DNA of 32,000 nt from a bacterium. Lineage in GTDB: Bacteria; UBP7; UBA6624; JBBIMK01. Location of the stretch: assembly GCA_037444445.1 (NCBI GenBank), contig JBBIMK010000003.1, positions 1-32,000 of the forward strand, read 5' to 3'. Made by a program: the position numbers and the translations under genes. This document shows, in pieces, positions 15,615 through 24,621 of this stretch. The notes under the pieces are model-generated. The model was not told the origin of the DNA. It saw only the letters and a list, made by a program, of their open reading frames with translations, and ran no database searches. Within the stretch, counting starts at the first letter, position 1. Each line of letters begins with the position of its first letter.

Positions 15615-17855
15615 TTACAGGGAGTGGTGGAAAGGTTTGCCCACTCGTGGGGAGGCAACTCGTTTTCCATCCACATAAACAGTTTGCTCGTCTCTTCGGC
15701 GTTTGATAGTGATGCGATGCCCTTGAAATGGGATGTCTTCTATGGTCAAACGGGAGAGTGGGATGGGGAGAGGGTCTACGGTGAACCGGCGCTCTATGGA
15801 GGGGTGAAAACCTGCGATATATCGGATGATGAGGTCGGCAACCCAGGAGTGCATATAATCATCTATGCCACGGTAGGCGGAAGGCTCGCCGGTGAAGGGG
15901 TTGTAGTGCTCGTAGCAGTTAGGGCGGGTTGCATCCCCGTCCCAGAATAACATTTTCAGGTAACGGAGGAGGAATTCCGCCAGTCTGGGCTTGAACCGTG
16001 AGTCTATATGGTAAGCCACATAGCCGAGAGCATCCGCGATATGGGAATTAATCATAGGCCAGACTCTACCGTTCCAGGGGCAGTTGTGGCGTTTGCCTTT
16101 CCATTCCGGGGTGGGGGAAAAGGTGCGGTCATCAACGGATGTGGCTGGGACCGGGAAAGGGGTCCAGAACTCTTCAGGGTTGAAGAGATGGCGGGCAAGC
16201 CTGCGAACATGGGGCTTCCCCACGATGTCGGTGAGATAAGGATAGAAGCAGATGGCGGCTTTGATGTTCGTTTTCTGCCCCGTTGAAGGGTTGATATCGG
16301 AAAACATCCCCGTCCGCTGGTTCCACATCCTGAGGCGGATGGCTTCCCGGATGGCATCTGCCTGCCGGTTCCACTTCTCCGTCTCTTCCGCCTTTTTCAG
16401 GAGAGCGGCAGCCTGTGCCAGAGCTCGCTTTAACTCGTAGATGTAGACGGTGGCATCTACTCCTTTTAGCCGGAATACACTTCCCCAGTTTTCCGCGTCG
16501 GCAGTGGGGTGAATCGCCGTATACCGGCTCATAAACTCCTGCCCGGTTTCAAAGTGATTCACTACATCGTATAGCCCGCTCTTTTCCGGGTCCCGCACTT
16601 CATCAAAATACCTTGCATAATCATTGAGAGCCCGGTAGACGATATTTAAGAGGGATGGGTCCGGGTGAATGGCGTAAAGTTTCAGGAGAGCCCTGCCCCA
16701 GTTAGCGTGGTAGAAGGCTTCTTCTGGAGGCGCAAACAGGCGAAGGATGCCGTAAAATGAGCCGTCGGTTTTCTGGGATTCTATGAAATTTAACAGGATA
16801 CCCCAGGGAATTTCTGATGATTTCATCCATCGGGTCTCTAAAACTTGTGCGGGGGCGCTGTAAGCGATGGGTGACCGAAAATAAGAAATGCCTTCGCACA
16901 CAGCAGGATGGCGAATAGTACCCAGCCCACCCGGCACCGTATTCAGCCACAGCCCGTAAACCCGGTGGCGGTAAGAAGCCTGGATGAAGGGGTTGGAGCA
17001 GGAGAAGGTGGGGAAACGCGAAAACAGCGACTGCCACCAGGTCCGAGCCACTCCCACCGGGTCCGATTGTCGCCGAGCGCTCTTCACCGCCTCCATCGCC
17101 CCATTCAAAGTCAGGCTGAAAGACCGGCAGGTCATAAAAGTAAGCCTTTCTCCTCCGGGAATGCTAATGGAACGGTGTAGACCGATATATAAAAGCCCCG
17201 CAGGGCTCACGCCTGTAGTTTGTATCTGATTCGGCAAATGCTGATGGAAAGATTCCACCCAGGGAGTTAAATACCAGTGAGGCTGTATCGCTGTTCGCTC
17301 GGAAAGATTCACAGAGTAAGAAAGGATAGAGGAGGGACTGCCGGGAGAGAGAGAAAGGCTCATAGCAGTCCAGATTCCTCCCGCTACATCCATCCGGTAA
17401 GAGACGATGTCAGATTCCACTTTCAACAGGCTGATGGAATTCTTTTCCTTATCTTCCACATTCCAGAGGATAGCATGGAGTGCAAGAGGCATCCGTCGGC
17501 TGTTTTTAACTGTGAACACGGAAGCAAGGGTATCCGGAGGGAGGAGGATTCGGGATTCCTGAAGGAGGAAGTTTTTCGCCCGGTAGGTGATGGAAAATTC
17601 TGCTGGTGTCCACCTGCGCTCCACTACTTCCAGGGCTACCGGTTCTTCTTTTTCATCCAGCAGGGTGAGGGTAAAAACGGGGGAGAGGCGGAACTCATAG
17701 AACTGGGCTTCATCCCAGAAGCCGGGAGTGGTAAGCCAGAGGGGGAAAGGAGGGGCAAAGAGGAGCCTTTGCCCTCCACCTAAATACCACTTGTCCTCCC
17801 TCTCCGAAAGATTTTGGATTTTCAGATTCGTCATTTCTGCCCCCGGGTCAGCCAT
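15615..17855 (-). CDS. (alpha/alpha)6-barrel glycoside hydrolase, GH63 / MGH1-like (glucosidase or mannosylglycerate-hydrolase-like)
   Basis: 746-aa ORF. Motifs NHFETGQEFMSRY and CYEHYNPFTGE resemble the acid/base regions of clan GH-G enzymes (GH63/GH37/GH15-like). The start is uncertain: ATG 17855 has no SD, while ATG 17834 (MTNLK) follows GGGGG. Confidence 0.6.
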   Translation of the reverse strand: MADPGAEMTNLKIQNLSEREDKWYLGGGQRLLFAPPFPLWLTTPGFWDEAQFYEFRLSPVFTLTLLDEKEEPVALEVVERRWTPAEFSITYRAKNFLLQESRILLPPDTLASVFTVKNSRRMPLALHAILWNVEDKEKNSISLLKVESDIVSYRMDVAGGIWTAMSLSLSPGSPSSILSYSVNLSERTAIQPHWYLTPWVESFHQHLPNQIQTTGVSPAGLLYIGLHRSISIPGGERLTFMTCRSFSLTLNGAMEAVKSARRQSDPVGVARTWWQSLFSRFPTFSCSNPFIQASYRHRVYGLWLNTVPGGLGTIRHPAVCEGISYFRSPIAYSAPAQVLETRWMKSSEIPWGILLNFIESQKTDGSFYGILRLFAPPEEAFYHANWGRALLKLYAIHPDPSLLNIVYRALNDYARYFDEVRDPEKSGLYDVVNHFETGQEFMSRYTAIHPTADAENWGSVFRLKGVDATVYIYELKRALAQAAALLKKAEETEKWNRQADAIREAIRLRMWNQRTGMFSDINPSTGQKTNIKAAICFYPYLTDIVGKPHVRRLARHLFNPEEFWTPFPVPATSVDDRTFSPTPEWKGKRHNCPWNGRVWPMINSHIADALGYVAYHIDSRFKPRLAEFLLRYLKMLFWDGDATRPNCYEHYNPFTGEPSAYRGIDDYMHSWVADLIIRYIAGFHPSIERRFTVDPLPIPLSRLTIEDIPFQGHRITIKRRRDEQTVYVDGKRVASPRVGKPFHHSL

Positions 17856-17982
17856 AATACTTATAGATTACCACAAAAGGAAAGTTCATATCCCTGCAGG
17901 CCAAGAAGTGTGGTCAGGACCCCCATAGTTATTCCTGTTTTTGTCCACTTTTCAGGTTCCATGAGCGGTAGCAACGCCTGCT

Positions 17983-19572
17983 CTACCTTGTGAGGTGGGC
18001 ATACCCGCCCTCTTCTATTTCCAGATAGTGCTCGGTGATGCCCTTCTGTCGGAGGGCGCCGTGACGATTAAATACCTCCACATCAAAAATCTCCGATGTA
18101 TCCAGGTGAAGGTATGAGTGAGGAGTGGCGTTTAAAATCCAGGCTTCAAACACCGTTTCCGGAATGGTGAGGAGGGGAGATTCAAACAGGCCGTAGATAG
18201 CCCGGACGCCATTTCGCACCTGGATATTCTTTCCTGTCACGAAGAATTCACCCCCCTCCAGAAGTTCTTTATGCCCCTCCCGGAAGGTAAGCCATCGTTT
18301 CATCAGGTTCTTTACATCTGGCTTCAGGGATGAAAGAGGAACGGAGATAGTGGGAATGAAGAAGATACCTGCCATCAGGGCACGGGCGATGTTTTCCAGG
18401 GGTTCTTCCGGATGCCAGGTTAAATAGTCCGTATGAACGGGTGAGAGAGGGGAAAAGGTTTTTAAGAGGATGCACCGCCAGAGGTTGGCATCGGGGTCAA
18501 AGGGTGCGTCCACGGCGCGGCACATAGGAGCAATGCGTCGTGAGAAGTAATTGGAATAATACTGTCGGAATTCAATGAGAGCCTCTGGCGCCATCTTCCG
18601 CAGGCCATCATAGAATTGCATCAATCCGTCCGCCACTTCGGGCTCATAGACGGGGATTGAATCTATGAAGTCAATTTTAAAACCGTCCAGAGTATAATCA
18701 GACAGCAGGCGGGAGAAAACGGAGAGGATGTAATCCCGGGCTTCGGGGTCGGTGGGTGAGAGGTGCATCACCCCTTGTTCCGGGTTGCCGTGAAGTTTTT
18801 CCTGGAAGCGCGTCCAGGCTTTCGAGCGGACGCCCACCATAAAGGGGGCAATCCAGAGGAGCACGCGGGTATGACGGCGATGCATAGCCTCTACAAAGCC
18901 TTTCAGGTCCGGGAACTTGGATGAAGCAGGTTCCCAATCGCCTGTGAATGAATAATCACCAAACGGGACTGTGCCGTCAAAAAACCAGCCGTCATCAATG
19001 ATGAAGGTTTTTAAGCCACAATTGCTTGCCTGCTCTCCTTCTTTTATGCACCATTCCTGATTCACTTGATGGTGAATGGAATACCAGGTGCAGTAGGTGG
19101 GGTCAAAAGAACCTTCCGGAAATAAGGGTTCCGGTAGCCCGGTCAGCAGGCGTATCTCATTCCCATACTCGTAGACCACTTCATTCCAGGGGCGGGGGTC
19201 CCTCGTCATATAGATATGCACCACCTCCGGCTTTGGCAGACGGAGTTCAATATCATAGCAGGCTTCCGCCTCGTTCAGCACCGCTGTGAACTTCAGTACC
19301 TTGTCCTGTTCCAGGAGCCCGATGGAGAAAAGGCTCTCCTCTCGGCGGTTGAGGAAAAGCCAGAGAGGAATCCCCTTCTGAGGCCCTGTGGTGGCTTCCA
19401 CCTTCCAGGGCAGGCGATGGAGGTCCGAGATGTCCGTGAGAGCGGAGCGGACAGTCGTTATGCCCTTTATGGGCGCTTTCAGGGTTTGAGCCTCTAAGAG
19501 GCCCCGCCAGATTCTTCCACGCCTGACCTCTTCAAATCCACTCCACATTCTGCTATATATTAAATCACACAT
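17983..19572 (-). CDS. alpha-galactosidase-like glycoside hydrolase (GH36/GH27 clan D TIM barrel)
   Basis: 529 aa. FIIDDGWF...GDWEP..SKFPDLKGFVEAMH....VLLWIAPFMV and LDGFKIDFID match the DDGWF and K-x-D nucleophile regions of melibiase-type enzymes. No clear SD at either candidate ATG. Confidence 0.6.
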   Translation of the reverse strand: MCDLIYSRMWSGFEEVRRGRIWRGLLEAQTLKAPIKGITTVRSALTDISDLHRLPWKVEATTGPQKGIPLWLFLNRREESLFSIGLLEQDKVLKFTAVLNEAEACYDIELRLPKPEVVHIYMTRDPRPWNEVVYEYGNEIRLLTGLPEPLFPEGSFDPTYCTWYSIHHQVNQEWCIKEGEQASNCGLKTFIIDDGWFFDGTVPFGDYSFTGDWEPASSKFPDLKGFVEAMHRRHTRVLLWIAPFMVGVRSKAWTRFQEKLHGNPEQGVMHLSPTDPEARDYILSVFSRLLSDYTLDGFKIDFIDSIPVYEPEVADGLMQFYDGLRKMAPEALIEFRQYYSNYFSRRIAPMCRAVDAPFDPDANLWRCILLKTFSPLSPVHTDYLTWHPEEPLENIARALMAGIFFIPTISVPLSSLKPDVKNLMKRWLTFREGHKELLEGGEFFVTGKNIQVRNGVRAIYGLFESPLLTIPETVFEAWILNATPHSYLHLDTSEIFDVEVFNRHGALRQKGITEHYLEIEEGGYAHLTR

Positions 19573-19604
19573 TTTGCCATTTACAATGTAAAGGCAGTCA
19601 GGAA

Positions 19605-19634
19605 TTGTCTTCCTCTGTCAGTTTTTGATATAAT
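19605..19634 (+). promoter_or_regulatory. Candidate promoter for the small zinc-ribbon gene
   Basis: TTGTCT (19605-19610), N18, perfect TATAAT (19629-19634). The ATG at 19646 lies only 11 nt after the -10 box and has no SD, implying a leaderless or very short-leader mRNA. Confidence 0.35.
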
Positions 19635-19645
19635 TCCTTCTGACT

Positions 19646-19897
19646 ATGAAATGCAGGGCGTGCGGAGCGGAATTCACCCCCCTTCGGAAAGACACAAGAT
19701 TCTGCAAACAAAAGACCTGCCTCCGCCTCCGGCGCCGGGCGTATATGCAGAAGTATTACCCTCGCTGGAAGAAAGCCCACCCTACCTATATGAAAAACTA
19801 TTTGAAAAAGTGGAAATTAAATCATCCTGGCTACCACGCAAGGTGGCATAGAATGCGAGCCTTGCAAAGAAATCGGGGAAATTTCCCCACCGAATAA
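19646..19897 (+). CDS. small, highly basic zinc-ribbon protein (hypothetical)
   Basis: 83 aa. CRAC...FCKQKTC gives a CxxC-x14-C-x4-C arrangement. Rich in K/R/H/Y/W. Internal repeat YYPRWKKAHPTY / YLKKWKLNHPGY. Confidence 0.5.
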   Translation: MKCRACGAEFTPLRKDTRFCKQKTCLRLRRRAYMQKYYPRWKKAHPTYMKNYLKKWKLNHPGYHARWHRMRALQRNRGNFPTE

Positions 19898-19931
19898 CGC
19901 TGTCCTTTCTGCTTTCGGTTTACTGCTTCTT

Positions 19932-22562
19932 CTATCCCTTTTTCTTTTTAGAGAAAAGGGTTTCCATTTTCTCCAGCCGGTCTTTTATTCTTCGGTTTTC
20001 CTCTGAGAGTTTATCCACATCCTCGCGGAGTTTTTTGATTTCTTCAGGACGCTCTTTTCCTTCCTTTAGTTTGCGGATGACTTCTTCGGTGCGGCGTTTA
20101 ATTCGGGCATCCAGTTCCCGGGACCGTAACGATTGAAGGGCCGGGATGGCGCGGTCATCCCGCAGCTCACCGAGAGCCTCTACGGCAGAATAACGAATGC
20201 GGAACAGGGGTTCCTCCAGGTAGCCGGTGAGGGTATCTAAAATTTTCGTTTTGCGGGCCCCGGTCTGGTCCTCTCCTAATTTACCGAGGGCTCGTATGGC
20301 ACTCACCCGAAGCATCGTGGGCTTGCCCACCCTCGCTGACTCTTCGGCAACGGCAATGGCTCGCTCATCTCTCAGTTCAACCATTCCCTCCAGAGCCATC
20401 CGCCGAATCACATCGGTCCAGGAATCTTTCTTCATCGTCTCTTTTAGAGCGTGAAATGCTTTCTCCCATTTGGTTTTGCCAATGGAAGCGGCCGCTTCTG
20501 CTTCCACGAAAACGCTTTCATCTTTTTTTACCTTCGGCAGGAGAACGGAGGCGGGTTCCTCCCCCCGAAAGTTCCCTAAGGCTTTCACGACTCCGCGGCG
20601 GGCTTTGGGATGCTTCACCTTCAACCCTTCCTTCAGTGCATTCAAGGCTTTTTCCCCCTTAATCAAAGACAGGGCTTTCGCCGCCTCCGCCTGCACCCCC
20701 CAGAAGGAATCTTTCTTCATTGCCCCTTTCAAGGCATCCACCGCTTCCGGGCTCCCATCCTTTGCCAGAGCATAGGCGGCTCGGATCCTCCCCATGCAGT
20801 CATCATCCTCCTGCAACTGGGCGATGAGCATATCCCGAGGAAAAGCCAGTTCCGCTGTTTTTAATATCCAATTGCCCTTATCAAACGCTATCCACTTCGG
20901 TTTTTCTTTGAGAGGGATATGGAAGGTTTGTTCCTTCTCTGAAAATTCTATCCGGTGGGTTTCCATTTTTCCCTTCCCCTTTTTGTTGTCGCTGAAGTGG
21001 AACTCCAGGTCCACGGGCATGCGGAAAAGAGGTGTCAGGTCATCCACCGTTTGATTTTGGGTAATTGTGATGTCTGCCACCTTCTTTTCGTCATCCCATT
21101 TGTAGGAGACTTTCAATTCCGGGTGGCCGCCTTTGAACACCCACTCATCAAAGAACCATTCCAGGTTTTGCCCTGTGGCTTCTTCTATGGCTTTCATAAA
21201 GTCCGAGGTTTCCACGCATTGCGCCTTATGTTTCGTGCAATAATGGTGAATGGCTTTCCACCAGAGGGCGTCGCCGAGGAGGAAGCGAATCATATGGAGG
21301 ATGAGGGAACCCTTTTCATACAGATGACGGTCAAACAGAGAGAAGGGCTGGGTGTAAGTTTTTGTAACAATGGGTCTGCGATAATTTTCTTTATCCTCCT
21401 GGAAGTAATTCTGGGCATTCTGGAACATCTCGTAGCGGAATTCGTCAATGCCTTTGTGATGCTCGGTCCAGAGGGCTTCAAAGTAGGTGGCAAAGCCTTC
21501 GTTTAGCCAGCCATGGCTCCAATCCTTGCAGGTCAGCAGGTCGCCCCACCACTGGTGAGCGAGTTCATGAGCCACCAGGGGGTCGCTGGTAAAATCCAGA
21601 TGTGCTCGCTCATCGTGAAGGGTCAGGTCCGTTTGCGTCGTTGCAGAAGTATTTTCCATCCCCCCAAAGATGAACTCGTGGGCGCACACCTGGGCATATT
21701 TCTCATACGGATATGGGACGCCGATTCTTTCTGAGAAAAACTCCATCATGGCTGGCGTGTTCCCAAAAGAACGCAGAGCCTCTGCCTCCGCATCCGGCCG
21801 GTTCGCTGGAACATAATACGACACCGGTATCCCTTTCCACTCCTGTTTCACCTCTACAAATTCCCCTATCGTTAGAGTAATCAGGTATGACACATGAGGC
21901 ACCCCTTCCAGCCAGTGATAGGTCTTCGTTTTTCTCTTCCGGTCGTGCCGGACCTCTAACAGTTTCCCATTAGAAAGTGCGAAGAAATTTTCCGGCACCG
22001 TCACTATCATTTCGCTGGTGGCTTTCTCATTGGGGTAATCCCAGCAAGGAATCCACCAGCGATTATCTTCATCCTCTCCCTGGCTCCACACCTGAACGGG
22101 GCGGTCGGGATATTCCTTATCCGGCAAGATAAAATAAAGCCCCTTCCTCGGCGTAGCGGAATATTCCACCATCACTTCATAGCGCTCCTGCTTCTTTAGC
22201 GGGCGGGGGAAATAAACGGTGAGCCGGTTATCAGAATAGTCGTATTTCGCCTGTATGCCGATGCCTCTTCTTCCCGAACCTGTCCCATAAACCCGTTGAA
22301 ATTCTACACGATGGATTTTCAGTTCACAGGCATCCAAAGTCACTTTCTTCAATCCATCATTAATGGGCTCAATGCGATGAATGACCTTCCCTGAAATGGC
22401 TTTTTTGAAGATGTCCACCGTGAGTTCCAGAACGATATGCCGCACATCAAAGGTCCGGTCGCGCCCGTATTGAGGCTTCGTCCCGGGAGGAGCGAAGGGT
22501 CCCCCGCTCCTGTAAAATCCCCCTCTACAGCGAAGTATTCCGTATTCTTCACCTGTGCTCAT
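19932..22562 (-). CDS. pepN: M1-family zinc aminopeptidase (aminopeptidase N-like) fused to C-terminal HEAT-like repeats and a charged coiled-coil tail
   Basis: 876 aa with exopeptidase motif GGMEN and zinc motif HELAHQWWGD-x18-E (WLNEGFATY). The C-terminal ~280 aa carry repeated ...A..ALG....A...L motifs (HEAT/PBS-lyase-like). The protein ends in a K/E/R-rich helix (EEIKKLREDVDKLSEENRRIKDRLEKME). Confidence 0.9.
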   Translation of the reverse strand: MSTGEEYGILRCRGGFYRSGGPFAPPGTKPQYGRDRTFDVRHIVLELTVDIFKKAISGKVIHRIEPINDGLKKVTLDACELKIHRVEFQRVYGTGSGRRGIGIQAKYDYSDNRLTVYFPRPLKKQERYEVMVEYSATPRKGLYFILPDKEYPDRPVQVWSQGEDEDNRWWIPCWDYPNEKATSEMIVTVPENFFALSNGKLLEVRHDRKRKTKTYHWLEGVPHVSYLITLTIGEFVEVKQEWKGIPVSYYVPANRPDAEAEALRSFGNTPAMMEFFSERIGVPYPYEKYAQVCAHEFIFGGMENTSATTQTDLTLHDERAHLDFTSDPLVAHELAHQWWGDLLTCKDWSHGWLNEGFATYFEALWTEHHKGIDEFRYEMFQNAQNYFQEDKENYRRPIVTKTYTQPFSLFDRHLYEKGSLILHMIRFLLGDALWWKAIHHYCTKHKAQCVETSDFMKAIEEATGQNLEWFFDEWVFKGGHPELKVSYKWDDEKKVADITITQNQTVDDLTPLFRMPVDLEFHFSDNKKGKGKMETHRIEFSEKEQTFHIPLKEKPKWIAFDKGNWILKTAELAFPRDMLIAQLQEDDDCMGRIRAAYALAKDGSPEAVDALKGAMKKDSFWGVQAEAAKALSLIKGEKALNALKEGLKVKHPKARRGVVKALGNFRGEEPASVLLPKVKKDESVFVEAEAAASIGKTKWEKAFHALKETMKKDSWTDVIRRMALEGMVELRDERAIAVAEESARVGKPTMLRVSAIRALGKLGEDQTGARKTKILDTLTGYLEEPLFRIRYSAVEALGELRDDRAIPALQSLRSRELDARIKRRTEEVIRKLKEGKERPEEIKKLREDVDKLSEENRRIKDRLEKMETLFSKKKKG

Positions 22563-22639
22563 CGGTCTTCCCCCCCTTGAATTTTGATATGGAATACGGG
22601 TCCATTCAAATCCATATTATTTTACACCTTTTCCCTGGC

Positions 22640-23635
22640 TCAGCGGCCGATGCCGGGAAGAACGAGGCGCAAATAAAGGGATGAAAGGAAATTCAAATAT
22701 CCCCCTTCCATAGGTATCAGCCGCCCGCTAAACATAGGGAGGATTTCTTTCTCGGGTTTTCGGATGTCTCTACGCCATTTTTTCCTTCGGTTCATCAGGT
22801 AACGGGGGGAGGTGAAAATCACTGCGTATGCGGAGAGGACGGGTAGAGGGGATTTTCCCAGCCACAAGCACCCCAGTAGGTGAAACAGAAAATCCAGGGG
22901 AAAGAGTGGAAGGAGTTTCAAAAGAGTTACACAGGAGTGAAAGGTGAAGAAGGTGAGCAAGCGGTTTCTCTGCTGGTGAAATTGTATCACAGACGCAGGA
23001 AGCAGGCGCACAGACGAGGAAGGATGGTGAGTGAACACCGCCTCGGGAACCTTCCGAATTCCATAGCCGGAAAGGCGGATTTGCCATCCGAGGTGCACAT
23101 CTTCAAAGTAGAGGAAAAAATCGTCGGGGAAGGGAGGGTCAACGATTCCTTTTCGGATGGCAAAGGCAGCACCGGAAGGGTAAAACACCTTCGTGGGGTC
23201 CTCAAAGTAATTGGGGATAGTGGTGAGGAAGAGGTTCAGGGTGCCGCCACCTTTTTCCGGTTCTCGCCCCACATTGAGAATCCGTGCGGTCACTGCCCCC
23301 GATTCCGGTTCTTCATTCAGGATTCTCACCATCTTTTCTAACCCGTCCGGAGTCAGTTCCCCATCCGGGTTGATGAAAAAAAGAATCTCTCCACGGGCTC
23401 TCCGCGCTCCTTCATTAGCCGCTCTGGAAAATCCATCATTCCTTTCCCTCCGAAGGATTTGGATTTCAGGAAAAAATTTTTGAACCTGTTCCGGGCTACC
23501 ATCGGTAGATGCGTTATCAATCACGAGAATTTCTGTCGGCGGCTGGGTTTGCGACAGGAGGGATTTCAAACAGGCGCCAATGTATGCCCCCCCATTGTAA
23601 TTGACCACGATGCAGGACACCTGTGGAGAAGGCAT
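22640..23635 (-). CDS. family 2 glycosyltransferase
   Basis: 331 aa. The N-terminus VSCIVVNYNGG......L.S...Q......ILVIDNASTDGS plus the FFINPDG motif are typical of the GT2 Rossmann-like GT-A fold. The C-terminal region is hydrophobic. Confidence 0.8.
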   Translation of the reverse strand: MPSPQVSCIVVNYNGGAYIGACLKSLLSQTQPPTEILVIDNASTDGSPEQVQKFFPEIQILRRERNDGFSRAANEGARRARGEILFFINPDGELTPDGLEKMVRILNEEPESGAVTARILNVGREPEKGGGTLNLFLTTIPNYFEDPTKVFYPSGAAFAIRKGIVDPPFPDDFFLYFEDVHLGWQIRLSGYGIRKVPEAVFTHHPSSSVRLLPASVIQFHQQRNRLLTFFTFHSCVTLLKLLPLFPLDFLFHLLGCLWLGKSPLPVLSAYAVIFTSPRYLMNRRKKWRRDIRKPEKEILPMFSGRLIPMEGGYLNFLSSLYLRLVLPGIGR

Positions 23636-23640
23636 GCAGT

Positions 23641-24594
23641 TTACGGAGGAAGCGGGTGTTCTTCCAGGAATTTCTCCGCATCCATGGCGGCCATACAGCC
23701 AGCGCCAGCAGCAGTAATCGCCTGACGATACCGGTGGTCCACCACATCGCCGGCGGCAAAGACTCCGGGAATATTCGTGGCAGTGGTGCGGTCACGGGTG
23801 AGGATATATCCCTTTTCATCCAGTTCCACTTGCCCCCTGAAAATTCCCGTGTTAGGCTCGTGGCCAATGGCAATAAATACTCCCTCACAGGGTAAGAGTC
23901 GCTCCTCACCGGTTCGTAAATTTTTTAACTGAACTCCCTTCACTTTTAACTCAAAGGGGTCCTGAATGTGGGTAACCACATTGTCCCAGATGAACTCAAT
24001 TTTCGGGTTCTGGAAGGCTCGGTTCTGGAGGATTTTAGAAGCCCGGAGTTGATTTCTGCGGTGAATCACCGTGACCCGGGAGGCGAACCTGGTCAGGAAA
24101 ATGGCTTCTTCCAGCGCCGAATCGCCACCCCCTACGACACAAATTTCTTTATTCCGGAAGAAGAAGCCATCGCAAACGGCGCAGGTGGAGACCCCGTGCC
24201 CCATCAGGGCTTTTTCTGAGGGAAGCCCGAGTAGGCGAGCCGATGCCCCCGTGGCAATCACTACCGCTGAGGCAGAATAGGTTTCATCTCCGGTGGAAAT
24301 CTGAAAGGGACGCCGGGAAAAATCCACCCCGATTACACTTTTTCTTACCATTTTCGCCCCAAAGCGTTCCGCCTGCTGTTCCATAAAAGCCATAAGTTCG
24401 GGACCCTGAATTCCCTCCGGGAAGCCCGGGAAATTCTCCACCGTCGTGGTGAGGGTGAGTTGCCCCCCGGGCTGGTCGCCCAGAAATACATAGGGAGATA
24501 GGCCGGCACGGGCTAAATAAAGCCCCGCCGTGTATCCCGCCGGACCGCTTCCCACCACCACTACCTGAACCCTCTGCCCGTTCGTTCTCTCCAT
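23641..24594 (-). CDS. trxB: thioredoxin-disulfide reductase
   Basis: 317 aa with FAD motif [13 protein letters not shown], redox-active CAVCDG, NADPH motif [12 protein letters not shown]...HRR, and C-terminal [16 protein letters not shown] upstream. Confidence 0.9.
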   Translation of the reverse strand: MERTNGQRVQVVVVGSGPAGYTAGLYLARAGLSPYVFLGDQPGGQLTLTTTVENFPGFPEGIQGPELMAFMEQQAERFGAKMVRKSVIGVDFSRRPFQISTGDETYSASAVVIATGASARLLGLPSEKALMGHGVSTCAVCDGFFFRNKEICVVGGGDSALEEAIFLTRFASRVTVIHRRNQLRASKILQNRAFQNPKIEFIWDNVVTHIQDPFELKVKGVQLKNLRTGEERLLPCEGVFIAIGHEPNTGIFRGQVELDEKGYILTRDRTTATNIPGVFAAGDVVDHRYRQAITAAGAGCMAAMDAEKFLEEHPLPP

Positions 24595-24621
24595 ACCCCT
24601 TATCCAGCCGTAAGGTTCACT

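Noticed and set aside
22563-22639. Inverted repeat ATATGGA...TCCATAT in the GT2-pepN spacer as a regulatory element
   Set aside because: The arms are short (7 bp) and AT-rich around a 17-nt interior, with no flanking U-tract or recognisable operator consensus. It is within chance expectation for an AT-rich spacer.
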